Shown here: positions 28,080-37,296 of the stretch, one piece after another
How the letters are laid out: each line of letters begins with the position of its first letter
How positions within the stretch are numbered: position 1 is the stretch's first letter
Assembly (NCBI GenBank): GCA_900554175.1
Contig: USGK01000003.1
Location: 25,790-89,789, forward strand
Direction of reading: 5' to 3'
Source: an uncultured Clostridium sp.
GTDB taxonomy: Bacteria > Bacillota > Clostridia > TANB77 > CAG-508
Length of the DNA stretch: 64,000 nt
Notes under the pieces: generated by a model
The model's database searches: none
What the model was told of the DNA's origin: nothing
Seen by the model: only the letters and a program-made list of their open reading frames with translations
Position numbers and translations under genes: made by a program

Positions 28080-29090
28080 TTAGTTACGTTCTTTACTATC
28101 TAAAACATCTAACGTATCAAGTGCTTTTCCAGTTCCAAGTGCTACACATGATACAGTGTCTTGTGCAATCATAACATTTATTCCAGTTTTTTCTTGTAAA
28201 AGCTTATCTAATCCATCTATTAAGCAACCTCCACCTGTCATATAAATTCCTTTGTCGCTTATATCTGCTGCAAGTTCTGGTGGTGTTTTTTCTAAAACAG
28301 AATGTACTGCATCAACTATCATCATTGCAGGTTCAATCAATGCTTCTAGCATCTCTGTTGATCGAATGGTAACTGTTGTAGGAAGGCCTGTAATTAAATC
28401 TCTTCCTCTAACATCCATTTCTGTATCTTGAATTTTTGGATATACACATCCTATATTAACTTTTAAATCCTCTGCCGTTCTTTCACCTATTGCTAAATTA
28501 TGTTTTCTTTTTATATATTTTACTATATATTCATCAAATTTGTCTCCTGCAACTTTTATAGATGTACTTACAACTGAACCTCCAAGTGAAATTACTGCAA
28601 TATCAGTGGTTCCCCCTCCGATATCTACTACCATATTTCCACATGGCTTAGATATGTCAATTCCTGCACCTATTGCTGCAGCTATTGGTTCTTCTATTAA
28701 ATATACTTTTCTTGCTCCTGCTTGATTTGCTGCATCTATTACTGCTTTTTTTTCAACTTCTGTAACTCTAGATGGTATACAAATCATAATTCTTGGTGCA
28801 AATAAGGTTCTTCCGCCAACTTTATTAATAAAATATTTAAGCATTTTTTCTGTTACTGTGTAATCTGAAATTACTCCGTCTCTTAGCGGTCTTGTTGCTA
28901 CAATATTTCCTGGTGTTCTTCCCAACATCCTTCTAGCTTCTTTTCCGACTGCTACAACTTCTCCTGTATTACTATCTACTGCAACAACAGAAGGTTCTCT
29001 TAAAACTATTCCTTTTCCTTTAACATATGCAATTACTGTTGCAGTTCCTAGATCTATACCTATATCTTGCCCAAATCCAAATTTAAACAT
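28080..29090 (-). CDS. mreB: Rod-shape-determining actin homolog, MreB/Mbl family (orphan, no mreCD adjacent)
   Basis: DIGIDLGTATVIAYV, VVDIGGGTTDIAVISLGG, and an overall MreB match across 336 aa. Confidence 0.92.
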   Translation of the reverse strand: MFKFGFGQDIGIDLGTATVIAYVKGKGIVLREPSVVAVDSNTGEVVAVGKEARRMLGRTPGNIVATRPLRDGVISDYTVTEKMLKYFINKVGGRTLFAPRIMICIPSRVTEVEKKAVIDAANQAGARKVYLIEEPIAAAIGAGIDISKPCGNMVVDIGGGTTDIAVISLGGSVVSTSIKVAGDKFDEYIVKYIKRKHNLAIGERTAEDLKVNIGCVYPKIQDTEMDVRGRDLITGLPTTVTIRSTEMLEALIEPAMMIVDAVHSVLEKTPPELAADISDKGIYMTGGGCLIDGLDKLLQEKTGINVMIAQDTVSCVALGTGKALDTLDVLDSKERN

Positions 29091-29237
29091 ATTTAATAAT
29101 CTTCTCCTTTGCTAAATCATAAAATTATATTATAACGTATTTCATTATTATTACATTTTTGTTACAATTATATTACATTATTTTAATTTTATCAATAGAT
29201 ATTTTAAATTTGTTTAAAAAGATTTATTATTAAAAAA

Positions 29238-30170
29238 TTATTTATTTTTTAACTCTAGAATTTCTTCTTTAGTAAGTCCTGTTGCTTGTTCTATTAATTC
29301 TATTTCTATTCCTAGTTTTAGCATTTTCTTTGCCGTTGATATTTTTTCTTCTTTGATCCCTAGGATTTTTCCTTCTTCAAGTCCAAGATTTTTACCTTCT
29401 TCAAGTCCAAGATTTCTACCTTCTTCAAGTCCAATACTTTTTCCTTCTTCCAATCCTGCTGTTTTTGCATGTTTTAAAGCTGCCTGTTCTTCCATTTCTG
29501 ATAACATTCTTATTTCTGCTAGCCTTTTGACTTCTTCCTCTCCTGTTAATACATTATATTCTTCGTCTGCTTCTTTTATTATTTTACTTTCTTTTTTCGC
29601 CATATCGATTAGATCGCCCCTCTCTCCATCAATAAATGCTAACCATTGATTTACTTTTTCTTTCATATCTAGTGATATGTTTTCTCTGAATTTTTTTAGT
29701 TCAATATAATAGTATTCTGCAAAGTTATTATATTTATAATTTCTGTGTTTTTCTAAAACTCTTACCGTTTTTGTTACATAGTCCTGTAACTCAAATAAAT
29801 TATAATCTAATAATGCTATTATTATTACCTTTTTTAGTCCTTTATAGTATCTTCCTATGTTTCTTTGTTCTGTTATTTTCTTTGATGCATAAAATGTCGT
29901 TCTTTCTTCTATATTTTTATAATCGTTTAGTTGCATTTCTATATCTACTATCTCTCCTGAACTCAATTCTACTTCTAAGTCTAGTATTCCATATTTTTCT
30001 TCTAATACTATCTGTTCTAACCTAGCATCATGTTTTACTTGTTTTATTTTTACATTTTCTTCTAATACTGCATCTAAAAAATCTTTTAGAAATCTTTCGT
30101 TTCCTCTTTTACTAAAAAATGCTTTAAATACAATATCATTTTTTAATTTTAATTTTTGTGTATTATTCAC
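29238..30170 (-). CDS. Rpn-family recombination-promoting nuclease / putative transposase (PD-(D/E)XK, YhgA-like) with a C-terminal tandem-repeat tail
   Basis: N-terminal DIVFKAFF...ILDLEVE...IVDIEMQ motif set typical of Rpn/Transposase_31. C-terminus carries 4 x LEEGKxLG repeats. Confidence 0.8.
   Translation of the reverse strand: MNNTQKLKLKNDIVFKAFFSKRGNERFLKDFLDAVLEENVKIKQVKHDARLEQIVLEEKYGILDLEVELSSGEIVDIEMQLNDYKNIEERTTFYASKKITEQRNIGRYYKGLKKVIIIALLDYNLFELQDYVTKTVRVLEKHRNYKYNNFAEYYYIELKKFRENISLDMKEKVNQWLAFIDGERGDLIDMAKKESKIIKEADEEYNVLTGEEEVKRLAEIRMLSEMEEQAALKHAKTAGLEEGKSIGLEEGRNLGLEEGKNLGLEEGKILGIKEEKISTAKKMLKLGIEIELIEQATGLTKEEILELKNK
29371..29466. repeat. Four 24-bp tandem repeats inside the Rpn gene (encode the LEEGKxLG repeats)
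   Basis: CCTTCTTCAAGTCCAAGATTTTTA / CCTTCTTCAAGTCCAAGATTTCTA / CCTTCTTCAAGTCCAATACTTTTT / CCTTCTTCCAATCCTGCTGTTTTT. Confidence 0.85.
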
Positions 30171-30490
30171 CGAAAATCCTCCTTATCTTATATTTGTATT
30201 TTATTGATTTTCGCCTCACTCCCTCTCCAAAATATTTTTTTGATTTTAGTTAAATTAGAAAAAAATTTTTGATGTCTAATTAAACTGAACTAATTTTTAT
30301 TTTGCCTAACCTAAGTTGCATTTTTTTAATATACCCTTATTATACAGGCTTTTTCGGATTTGTCAACACTTTTTTTTTATAATAATTTCGTTTTCTATTA
30401 TTAAAATCACATTTTTTTATTATTTAAAAAATAAACGTCTAAATTTGCTTAACTTAGCATAGTTAAACAAATTTAAACGTTTATATATCT

Positions 30491-32185
30491 TTAATAATTT
30501 TTTAGATAATACTTAAAATCTGTATCATGTGTTATTTTATATGAGCCATATCTTTCACGCGCAAGGGCAGTATAATAAGCTGCTTTTAATTTTTTATCAG
30601 CATCTCTCATGTACTTATACATATCTCCTTTTGATGTATCAACACTTGTTTGTGAAACTATACTTGTATATGAACCTGTGTATATATTATCTTTGTTAGC
30701 TCTTATTGGAAAATAATATGTTGTATTATCTCCATCTTTTATGTAATGTTTTTCAAAGTCAAGTTTAAATACACCCTTTAAATTATTATCTAGATTAATA
30801 TCTCTTGCATTTGCTCTATGATACTGGTTATCAATATCAGTAGCAATATAAATAGAATTTTCGTCAACAAATTCTTTTGTTGTAGTATTTGCACTAACAG
30901 CATATCCATTATATTTTTTTGTTCCAATATCTAAACCTTGTAAGAAACCTATAACAGATACATTATTTTCTATAGTCTCCCAATCTTCTTCAGATATTTT
31001 AGGCATTGCAAATTGTATATCCTTTTCTGAATAGTTACTAAAACCAGCAATAGCTGCCGATAAATTAGTTTCTATTGTGTGTCTTATTACCGCCTTACGA
31101 TGTTGATTAAAATCTGAATCTGAATCTTGAATATATTTACCATCTATCTTTTTAAAGATTTCATAATTTCCATAATCCTTCATATTAACAAATTTTTTTG
31201 TCTCATTATCATAATATCCAGCATCTGATGATTTAAGGTCACTAAGACCATAAGCCCCTCTAATTTTATTAATAAACTCAAAAGCTTCTTTATAGTAATA
31301 ATATGCACTTTTATTTTCCTCTATAGCATTATAATATTTTTTATACAAATCTTCATTTTTTTCTTGAGAAACCTGGTTCACTTTTGTTCCATTAACAAGG
31401 TGAAAAACCTTACCCTTCCCATCACCATCACTCGTATCCAAATAATATTTTGTCCCATTAATTTTAACATAATTAGTAAAATCATTAACAATATACTCTG
31501 AGGAATTTGATTTCGGATAACCCTTATTAGAAATTTTCACATCACCATTTTCATAAAACTTAACTCCATCATATTCATAATAATTGCCATTTAAATCCAT
31601 TCCAGATTTAATTCCATCCATCAAATATCCCGAATCATCGACATAATTTTCTTGTAAAAATCCTTGAATCCTTATATAATTATCTAAAGAATATGTTATT
31701 ACAAAATCATCTCCATTATTTCTTTGATACCTACAACTATAAAAAACATAAGACTTAATTCCTTCTACTAATGCACCATCTGTATAAGTAGAGTCACTTT
31801 TAACATTTTTCTGAGATAATGTATTGTAATATTTAGAATATATATAATACCCATCATACATAGTATACACAACAGCTGGAACATATTCTTGCATAACCGA
31901 TGCTTTATATCCACTTAAACCGAAACTTGATTGTAATGATGCTAAATAAGTTGATGCTGATGCTTCGATGTTTTCCATTTTTGCAGTTACTACATCATTT
32001 TCTGTATCAACTATTGAATTTGCTTGGTATACTTCTAAAGCATCATAAACGCAGTCTACTAAACGCCTATCATATATTGCTTGGTTTCTTATTGTGTTTA
32101 TTTGTGCATCTAGATATAGTCCTAAAACTATATCGATTGGTAAAATTATTAAAAGAAAAATTATTGCCAAGTGCTGAATTTTCAT
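30491..32185 (-). CDS. Large Tyr/Asn-rich secreted or membrane-anchored protein, 564 aa, terminal gene of the Tad-like locus (candidate pilus-associated adhesin or tip component)
   Basis: N-terminal hydrophobic anchor/signal (MKIQHLAIIFLLIILPIDIVLGLY), Tyr-rich extracellular body. Co-directional and contiguous with the pilin-like genes. Confidence 0.4.
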   Translation of the reverse strand: MKIQHLAIIFLLIILPIDIVLGLYLDAQINTIRNQAIYDRRLVDCVYDALEVYQANSIVDTENDVVTAKMENIEASASTYLASLQSSFGLSGYKASVMQEYVPAVVYTMYDGYYIYSKYYNTLSQKNVKSDSTYTDGALVEGIKSYVFYSCRYQRNNGDDFVITYSLDNYIRIQGFLQENYVDDSGYLMDGIKSGMDLNGNYYEYDGVKFYENGDVKISNKGYPKSNSSEYIVNDFTNYVKINGTKYYLDTSDGDGKGKVFHLVNGTKVNQVSQEKNEDLYKKYYNAIEENKSAYYYYKEAFEFINKIRGAYGLSDLKSSDAGYYDNETKKFVNMKDYGNYEIFKKIDGKYIQDSDSDFNQHRKAVIRHTIETNLSAAIAGFSNYSEKDIQFAMPKISEEDWETIENNVSVIGFLQGLDIGTKKYNGYAVSANTTTKEFVDENSIYIATDIDNQYHRANARDINLDNNLKGVFKLDFEKHYIKDGDNTTYYFPIRANKDNIYTGSYTSIVSQTSVDTSKGDMYKYMRDADKKLKAAYYTALARERYGSYKITHDTDFKYYLKNY

Positions 32186-32271
32186 CTTATGCTCCTTTCA
32201 AAACTGGTATTTTATAAATTTTGTTATAAATAAAAGCCTGTAAAAAACTTTACAAGCCCCTTTTTTTATTT

Positions 32272-32790
32272 TTATTGTGCTGTAGTTGTAACAACTCCAG
32301 AGCTAGAAGCAACTATTGCTCCTGTTGTACTGTTTTTACCTAAGTACTTTGTTAATTGTTGAAATATTGTAGTATTTGTGCTTGTTACTTTTGCTGTAAT
32401 AATATCCCCTTCCTTTAAAAGAAGTGTTCCATTATTATTATTTAACATATCAAGTATTTGTGTTGTATAATATGTTGTGTATGTACTTTTACTAGAAACA
32501 GTCCCTTCTGATTGAATTGCTTTTTTTGAAGCATTTTCATCTAATCTTTGTAATTCCATTTCTACATCGAAAGAATTACCTGTTGCTGATATTTCTTTTA
32601 AATATGCCTCATAATCAGAATATTTTAATTTTCCTGTTGTTCTAATTGTATCTACATATTGGTTTGTAGATGATTCTACAGCTACTTGGGCTGCCTTGTC
32701 AGTTTTTCCTGCCATTGTTATTAATGGATAACCAAACATTATTACTGCAGCAACAAATATTGCTAAAATTACAGATGCGTTATTTTCCAT
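32272..32790 (-). CDS. Pilin-like protein 6 of the Tad-like locus (class-III-signal-like N-terminus MENNASVILAIFVAAVIMFG)
   Basis: Conserved MEN..S.. leader plus about 20 hydrophobic residues, then a Ser/Thr-rich C-terminal domain. Paralog of the neighbouring genes. Confidence 0.5.
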   Translation of the reverse strand: MENNASVILAIFVAAVIMFGYPLITMAGKTDKAAQVAVESSTNQYVDTIRTTGKLKYSDYEAYLKEISATGNSFDVEMELQRLDENASKKAIQSEGTVSSKSTYTTYYTTQILDMLNNNNGTLLLKEGDIITAKVTSTNTTIFQQLTKYLGKNSTTGAIVASSSGVVTTTAQ

Positions 32791-32803
32791 CTTAAAGACC
32801 TCC

Positions 32804-33487
32804 TTAATTATTTATTTTTTCAATATAAGTAATAACTCTTGATTCTTTTTTGTTTGCGTCTGAAACATGATCACCACTATAGCTAGGATCACGTGATGGG
32901 TCACTCTCTCCTAAAGGATAAGTGTCTGCTTCATAGTAAACTCCTGTGTATTCTATAAAAGTTTTATCTTTAAGTAATTCATATAATCCTGCCTTTAAGG
33001 TATTGTTTATATATTCTTTATCATTCTGTGCAGTTGGTATATCAAATACTAAAATATAATCATTGCTATTAATTATTTGATCTCCACTTGATTTATATTT
33101 TTGTTCTTTCACTACTGTCGCTCCATTTTTTAGGCAGTTTGCGTAATCTTCCAACTCTTTACCTGAGTCAAACTTCTCATAATTTGTAGAATTTCCATTT
33201 CCTAATTTTATTACAACAGTATAATTCTCTTTATAAACTCTATAAAGAGAATTTGATACTGTATCAATTCCAACTGTTCTTTTCTCATCTGAACTACTTA
33301 TATAGTTTATATATTTAGTTTTCCCATTTTCATCTTTAGTTGTTGCAGTATCTACCTTTTCCTTTGATAAGATTAAATCTTCTAGGTCATTTCTAAAGGT
33401 TGAGAAGGATGATAAAGTTAATGTAAGTGCTAACATAAATATTAATACTGCTGCTGCCATATATAGAGCTTCTACAGAATTTTCCAT
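32804..33487 (-). CDS. Pilin-like protein 5 (leader MENSVEALYMAAAVLIFMLALTL)
   Basis: Same leader architecture; 227 aa. Confidence 0.45.
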   Translation of the reverse strand: MENSVEALYMAAAVLIFMLALTLTLSSFSTFRNDLEDLILSKEKVDTATTKDENGKTKYINYISSSDEKRTVGIDTVSNSLYRVYKENYTVVIKLGNGNSTNYEKFDSGKELEDYANCLKNGATVVKEQKYKSSGDQIINSNDYILVFDIPTAQNDKEYINNTLKAGLYELLKDKTFIEYTGVYYEADTYPLGESDPSRDPSYSGDHVSDANKKESRVITYIEKINN

Positions 33488-33525
33488 GATTTATCATCCT
33501 TTCTTTATTATAAATTATAACATAT

Positions 33526-34047
33526 CTAATTTTGATAAATATTAATTTTAGAAACTAATCCGTCTTTATAGTTGCACTCAACAATATAATTTTCACCTGT
33601 TTTAACAGCAAGCTGTGGTACGGTTGCCAAAGCATTATACTTCTCAAGAGTACAACTTGCATAATCTTTGATCCTCTTTGCAGTGTCTTTACCTCCCGCA
33701 TTAGACGAAATTATTTCACCATTTGAATTTCCTGATATAACAATATAAGAGCTATTATAATTTAATGGTTTATAACATACCATTACATAGCTACCTTTTC
33801 CATTAGTAGCTGTAGCCTGATTGGTAGCAATAACTTGTTGTATTAAAGAATTAACTCTTGAACCTGCTACACTATCTCCTTCATATGCTGTGAATTTTGC
33901 ATTAAATGATTGTATTTCTTGTTCACTTAAATTTGTATTATCTGTTACATTTCTTACATTATTTACCACTATTAATCCTAATGATATTATAACTATCGCA
34001 AGTAGGATTGCCCCTGCAATAATAAGTGCTTTAGAAGCATTCTCCAT
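33526..34047 (-). CDS. Pilin-like protein 4 (MENASKALIIAGAILLAIVIISLG leader). Its N-terminal 53 aa differ at only 3 positions from protein 3.
   Basis: Leader and first ~160 nt are almost identical to 34069-34449; the C-terminal domain is unrelated. 173 aa. Confidence 0.55.
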   Translation of the reverse strand: MENASKALIIAGAILLAIVIISLGLIVVNNVRNVTDNTNLSEQEIQSFNAKFTAYEGDSVAGSRVNSLIQQVIATNQATATNGKGSYVMVCYKPLNYNSSYIVISGNSNGEIISSNAGGKDTAKRIKDYASCTLEKYNALATVPQLAVKTGENYIVECNYKDGLVSKINIYQN

Positions 34048-34068
34048 TTTTTATTTCTCCTTCCAAAA

Positions 34069-34449
34069 TTATTTCTCAATTGTAATTTTGTTAACTAAAG
34101 CGTTATTATATGTAAGTGTTACTTTGTATGTTGATCCTGTAGCTATTCCTGTAATTTCTTCTGGTTTAGCATTATCCTGTGTACCATATTTAAAAGTAAC
34201 TTGTTTATCACTATTACTTGCATTAGAAGAAATAGCAGTTTGAAGCAGTGCTTTTACCTTTGTTCCTGATACGTTTGTTCCTTCATATGGTGTAAATTTT
34301 GCATTAAATGCTTGTATTTCTTGTTCACTCAAGTTTGTATTGTCTGTTACATTCCTTGTATTGTTTACTACTATTAATCCTAATGATATTATAACTATTG
34401 CAAGTAGGATTGCCCCTGCAATAATTAATGCTTTTGAAGCGTTTTCCAT
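34069..34449 (-). CDS. Pilin-like protein 3 (MENASKALIIAGAILLAIVIISLG leader). Short, 126 aa; candidate major pilin.
   Basis: Class-III-like leader (K-A | L hydrophobic), small mature size, Thr/Ser/Asn-rich. Confidence 0.55.
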   Translation of the reverse strand: MENASKALIIAGAILLAIVIISLGLIVVNNTRNVTDNTNLSEQEIQAFNAKFTPYEGTNVSGTKVKALLQTAISSNASNSDKQVTFKYGTQDNAKPEEITGIATGSTYKVTLTYNNALVNKITIEK

Positions 34450-34538
34450 AATAATTCCTCCTTATATTTTTTCTTTTATATTTTTCTAGATATAAACTCA
34501 TTATGGATATAATTCATATCTAACATAAAAATCTTTTG

Positions 34539-34970
34539 TTATATGCTCTTTTGTTCAAACAACATATATTTTATTTGTTTTGAATTTGAATGATATTCTA
34601 TTTTTGTACATTCAAATTTTATGTTGCTATAATACTGTACAAATGTTGTCATTCCTCCATTATAAAGTGTTTCCATACTATAAAGTGTATCATTGTCTGT
34701 AATTTTAATTTCAACCTTTATTGAATTTGTTTCATTTTCAATGTAATTTCCATTTTTATCTTTTTCTATTCTATTTAATTCGTTGTCATTTACTGCCCTA
34801 TTTACAATTGTAGCTACATCTGAACCATATAACTCTTTTTGGTAATAAGACTCATATTTAGAATTAAATTCTTTTATTTTGCTATATTCATCTTTATAGT
34901 TGTAATACTTTATTGCTAGCAGAATTAAAACAATTATTACTGCTGTAATAAAAGCTAATATTTTTTTCAT
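34539..34970 (-). CDS. Pilin-core-like protein with a different leader (MKKILAFITAVIIVLILLAI). Shares the post-TM EFN(S/A)K(Y/F)E motif with the MENASKAL paralogs.
   Basis: IKEFNSKYESYYQKELYGSDVATIVNRAVNDNE aligns to EVSEFNAKFEFYENKELTPNDIVSIMNLVVENN of protein 2. Confidence 0.45.
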   Translation of the reverse strand: MKKILAFITAVIIVLILLAIKYYNYKDEYSKIKEFNSKYESYYQKELYGSDVATIVNRAVNDNELNRIEKDKNGNYIENETNSIKVEIKITDNDTLYSMETLYNGGMTTFVQYYSNIKFECTKIEYHSNSKQIKYMLFEQKSI

Positions 34971-35073
34971 TTATTGACAGCTCCTTACTTATTATAACAT
35001 TTTATGTTTTTTTTTGCAATATTTAATAAAATTTTTAAACAGCATTTATACACTAAAAATATTTTTTATTTAC

Positions 35074-35595
35074 TTACCATTCATCATGCTTATGTGTAGT
35101 AATTTTCATTTTATTTACTTTACCATTTTTATATTCATTTCTATTTATCGAAAAAGTAAAATAATACAGTAAGTCATTCTTTTTTTCGTAAGTAACATTG
35201 CCATTAGAATCTTTAACCTTCACCTTAATATCTGACATTATAGTTAAATTTTTTATAAATTGATCACTATCATAACCTGTTTGAATAAAACCGCTAGTTG
35301 GAGCATTAGCCTCTGATCCAACATCACTGTCATAATAATATCCTATATTTTTTCTTGATATATTATTTTCAACAACTAAATTCATAATAGATACAATATC
35401 ATTGGGAGTCAATTCTTTGTTTTCATAAAATTCAAACTTTGCATTAAACTCACTAACCTCTTTTTCACTCATTCTTGCCAACATTTTTTCTGAATGATCA
35501 TGATAAACACCGTATAGATACACACCAAACGATGCTACTATCATTGTAATAAGAACACCACCTGCAATTAACAGTGCTTTTGACGCATTTTCCAT
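35074..35595 (-). CDS. Pilin-like protein 2 (MENASKALLIAGGVLITMIVASFG leader)
   Basis: Leader plus EFNAKFE motif; 173 aa. Confidence 0.5.
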   Translation of the reverse strand: MENASKALLIAGGVLITMIVASFGVYLYGVYHDHSEKMLARMSEKEVSEFNAKFEFYENKELTPNDIVSIMNLVVENNISRKNIGYYYDSDVGSEANAPTSGFIQTGYDSDQFIKNLTIMSDIKVKVKDSNGNVTYEKKNDLLYYFTFSINRNEYKNGKVNKMKITTHKHDEW

Positions 35596-35613
35596 ACTAT
35601 ATTTATCCTTTCT

Positions 35614-36486
35614 TTATTCAATTTCACCTGTAAATTCAAAAGTTAACTCGTTTACTTTTCCAGTAGTATCATCATATTTTAAACTTGTGCATTTAAATTT
35701 TGCTTTTGTGAATTGAGAATATTCATAATATTGATACATCTTAATACCATTATCGTTTAACATGGAAAGATATTGCTCTTTTACATTTTCGTACGTTTTA
35801 TTTTTCCCTTTTAAATTTTCACTGTATGTACTACTTTGTGTAATTGATTCATATTTAAGAATAGCATTAAGCATTTTAGTAATCTTTTTATTTTCATCAG
35901 TACCTGCATCGCTTACGATCTCCCATTTTTTCGTCGTATTATTATAGCTACAAATTTCTTTCAAAATTATTTTATCTATATTTTTCGTTAGTCCTTTTAG
36001 ATACTTACTATCTTTTTCTAACTCTCTTGCGTTTTTATTAAACTTTTCTAAACTTGATTCGTTATTTTTATTCAAATAACTATTCTCTTCTATAAGCTTA
36101 TTTTTAGATTCATCTAATAAATAAAAATTTCCATCATAGCTTAATTTATTTTTTGCATCATCATTTTGATTACCTTTCCACAAAATAATAGAAATCTTCA
36201 CCGGATTAGCTTTAACATCGTTTCCTTCTGAAGTTTCACTAGACAATCTTTCATTGTAATCAATAATCTTATTAGATAACGAAATCAACTCATACCCTGC
36301 AACATCGTTTCTATTATACCTTGTAAACTGTTCGTTAAATTTAGTTTTATCTTCAGTCATTTTAAGTTCTTCTTCAGAAGCATAATAGTTTGAAATATTT
36401 CCTTTAACTAATAAAACTAAACTTACTAAAATAATAAGTATAAGTATTCCACCTGCAATAAGCAAAGCTTTTGATGCATTCTCCAT
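35614..36486 (-). CDS. Pilin-like protein 1 (MENASKALLIAGGILILIILVSLV leader), 290 aa
   Basis: Leader plus FNEQFTRY motif; largest paralog. First pilin-like gene after the platform genes. Confidence 0.5.
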   Translation of the reverse strand: MENASKALLIAGGILILIILVSLVLLVKGNISNYYASEEELKMTEDKTKFNEQFTRYNRNDVAGYELISLSNKIIDYNERLSSETSEGNDVKANPVKISIILWKGNQNDDAKNKLSYDGNFYLLDESKNKLIEENSYLNKNNESSLEKFNKNARELEKDSKYLKGLTKNIDKIILKEICSYNNTTKKWEIVSDAGTDENKKITKMLNAILKYESITQSSTYSENLKGKNKTYENVKEQYLSMLNDNGIKMYQYYEYSQFTKAKFKCTSLKYDDTTGKVNELTFEFTGEIE

Positions 36487-36504
36487 TATGCTTCCTCCTT
36501 AATC

Positions 36505-37296
36505 TTAAGATATACTTGACATAGAGCTTGACATACTTGTAAGACCTATGTAAACTAATGGCACAATTAAGTACCCAACAAACATACAAACCATTGGTGC
36601 GAAACCTAAGATTTTTCCATACAATGATTTTCTAGATATTAATTTTTCATTGGTTTGTTTTCTTTTATCTTGGTAATATGTTCTTTCTGAATCTAACTCA
36701 TCGAAAGCTTCTCTGATTGGAATCTTTTCAACTGCTGCTTGCAAACTTTCTACAATTCTTATAAATAGTTGGTAATTTGTATCATTTTTTAAAACCTCTA
36801 GTGCTTCCCATGCTCCTGCTTCATAGTTGTTTACGCACCTTGCAATTGGCTCTCTAAATATGTTTGAATATCTTTCAAGCCACTCTAAAATAATTTCAAC
36901 ATTAACCCTTTCTATTCTCATAAGCATAAGTATTATTGTTTGGAATTGCATTACTTCATCTTCCATTTCCATTTGGCGTAATTTTAATTGGAACATCATT
37001 ATCCAAATTGGTGACATATATCCCAAACACATTGTTATACATGCAAATAAGATTTCATACCAAGCTAATACTTCAGCATTTATAATTTGTAACTTATCAT
37101 AAATTTTATCTGTTGCTTTCTTTATATCGTCATCTTTTGCTCCCGCATATTCATTTGATTTTACTAATGCTGATTGAATTTTTTCTTTTGTAATATCTTT
37201 TTTTCCTTTAAACTTGTCTAAAAACACATTTTGCCTTGCAGTTTCTTCTTCTGCTGTTTTTTGTTCTTTATCAGATAAACCTCCGCAGTAAATCAT
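36505..37296 (-). CDS. TadC/GspF-family (T2SSF domain) pilus platform membrane protein
   Basis: TM - ~110-aa cytoplasmic helical domain - TM architecture (WYEILFACITMCLGYMSPIWIMMF ... ILGFAPMVCMFVGYLIVPLVYIGL). Position after the ATPase and tadB-like gene. Confidence 0.5.
   Translation of the reverse strand: MIYCGGLSDKEQKTAEEETARQNVFLDKFKGKKDITKEKIQSALVKSNEYAGAKDDDIKKATDKIYDKLQIINAEVLAWYEILFACITMCLGYMSPIWIMMFQLKLRQMEMEDEVMQFQTIILMLMRIERVNVEIILEWLERYSNIFREPIARCVNNYEAGAWEALEVLKNDTNYQLFIRIVESLQAAVEKIPIREAFDELDSERTYYQDKRKQTNEKLISRKSLYGKILGFAPMVCMFVGYLIVPLVYIGLTSMSSSMSSIS

Noticed and set aside
30300-30470. Terminal inverted repeats defining an IS element around the Rpn gene.
   Set aside because: Only two loosely similar direct motifs (TTGCCTAACCTAAG / TTGCTTAACTTAGC) were found upstream, with no matching inverted copy beyond the gene's 3' end. 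Rpn-family genes are generally not bounded by classic IS inverted repeats.
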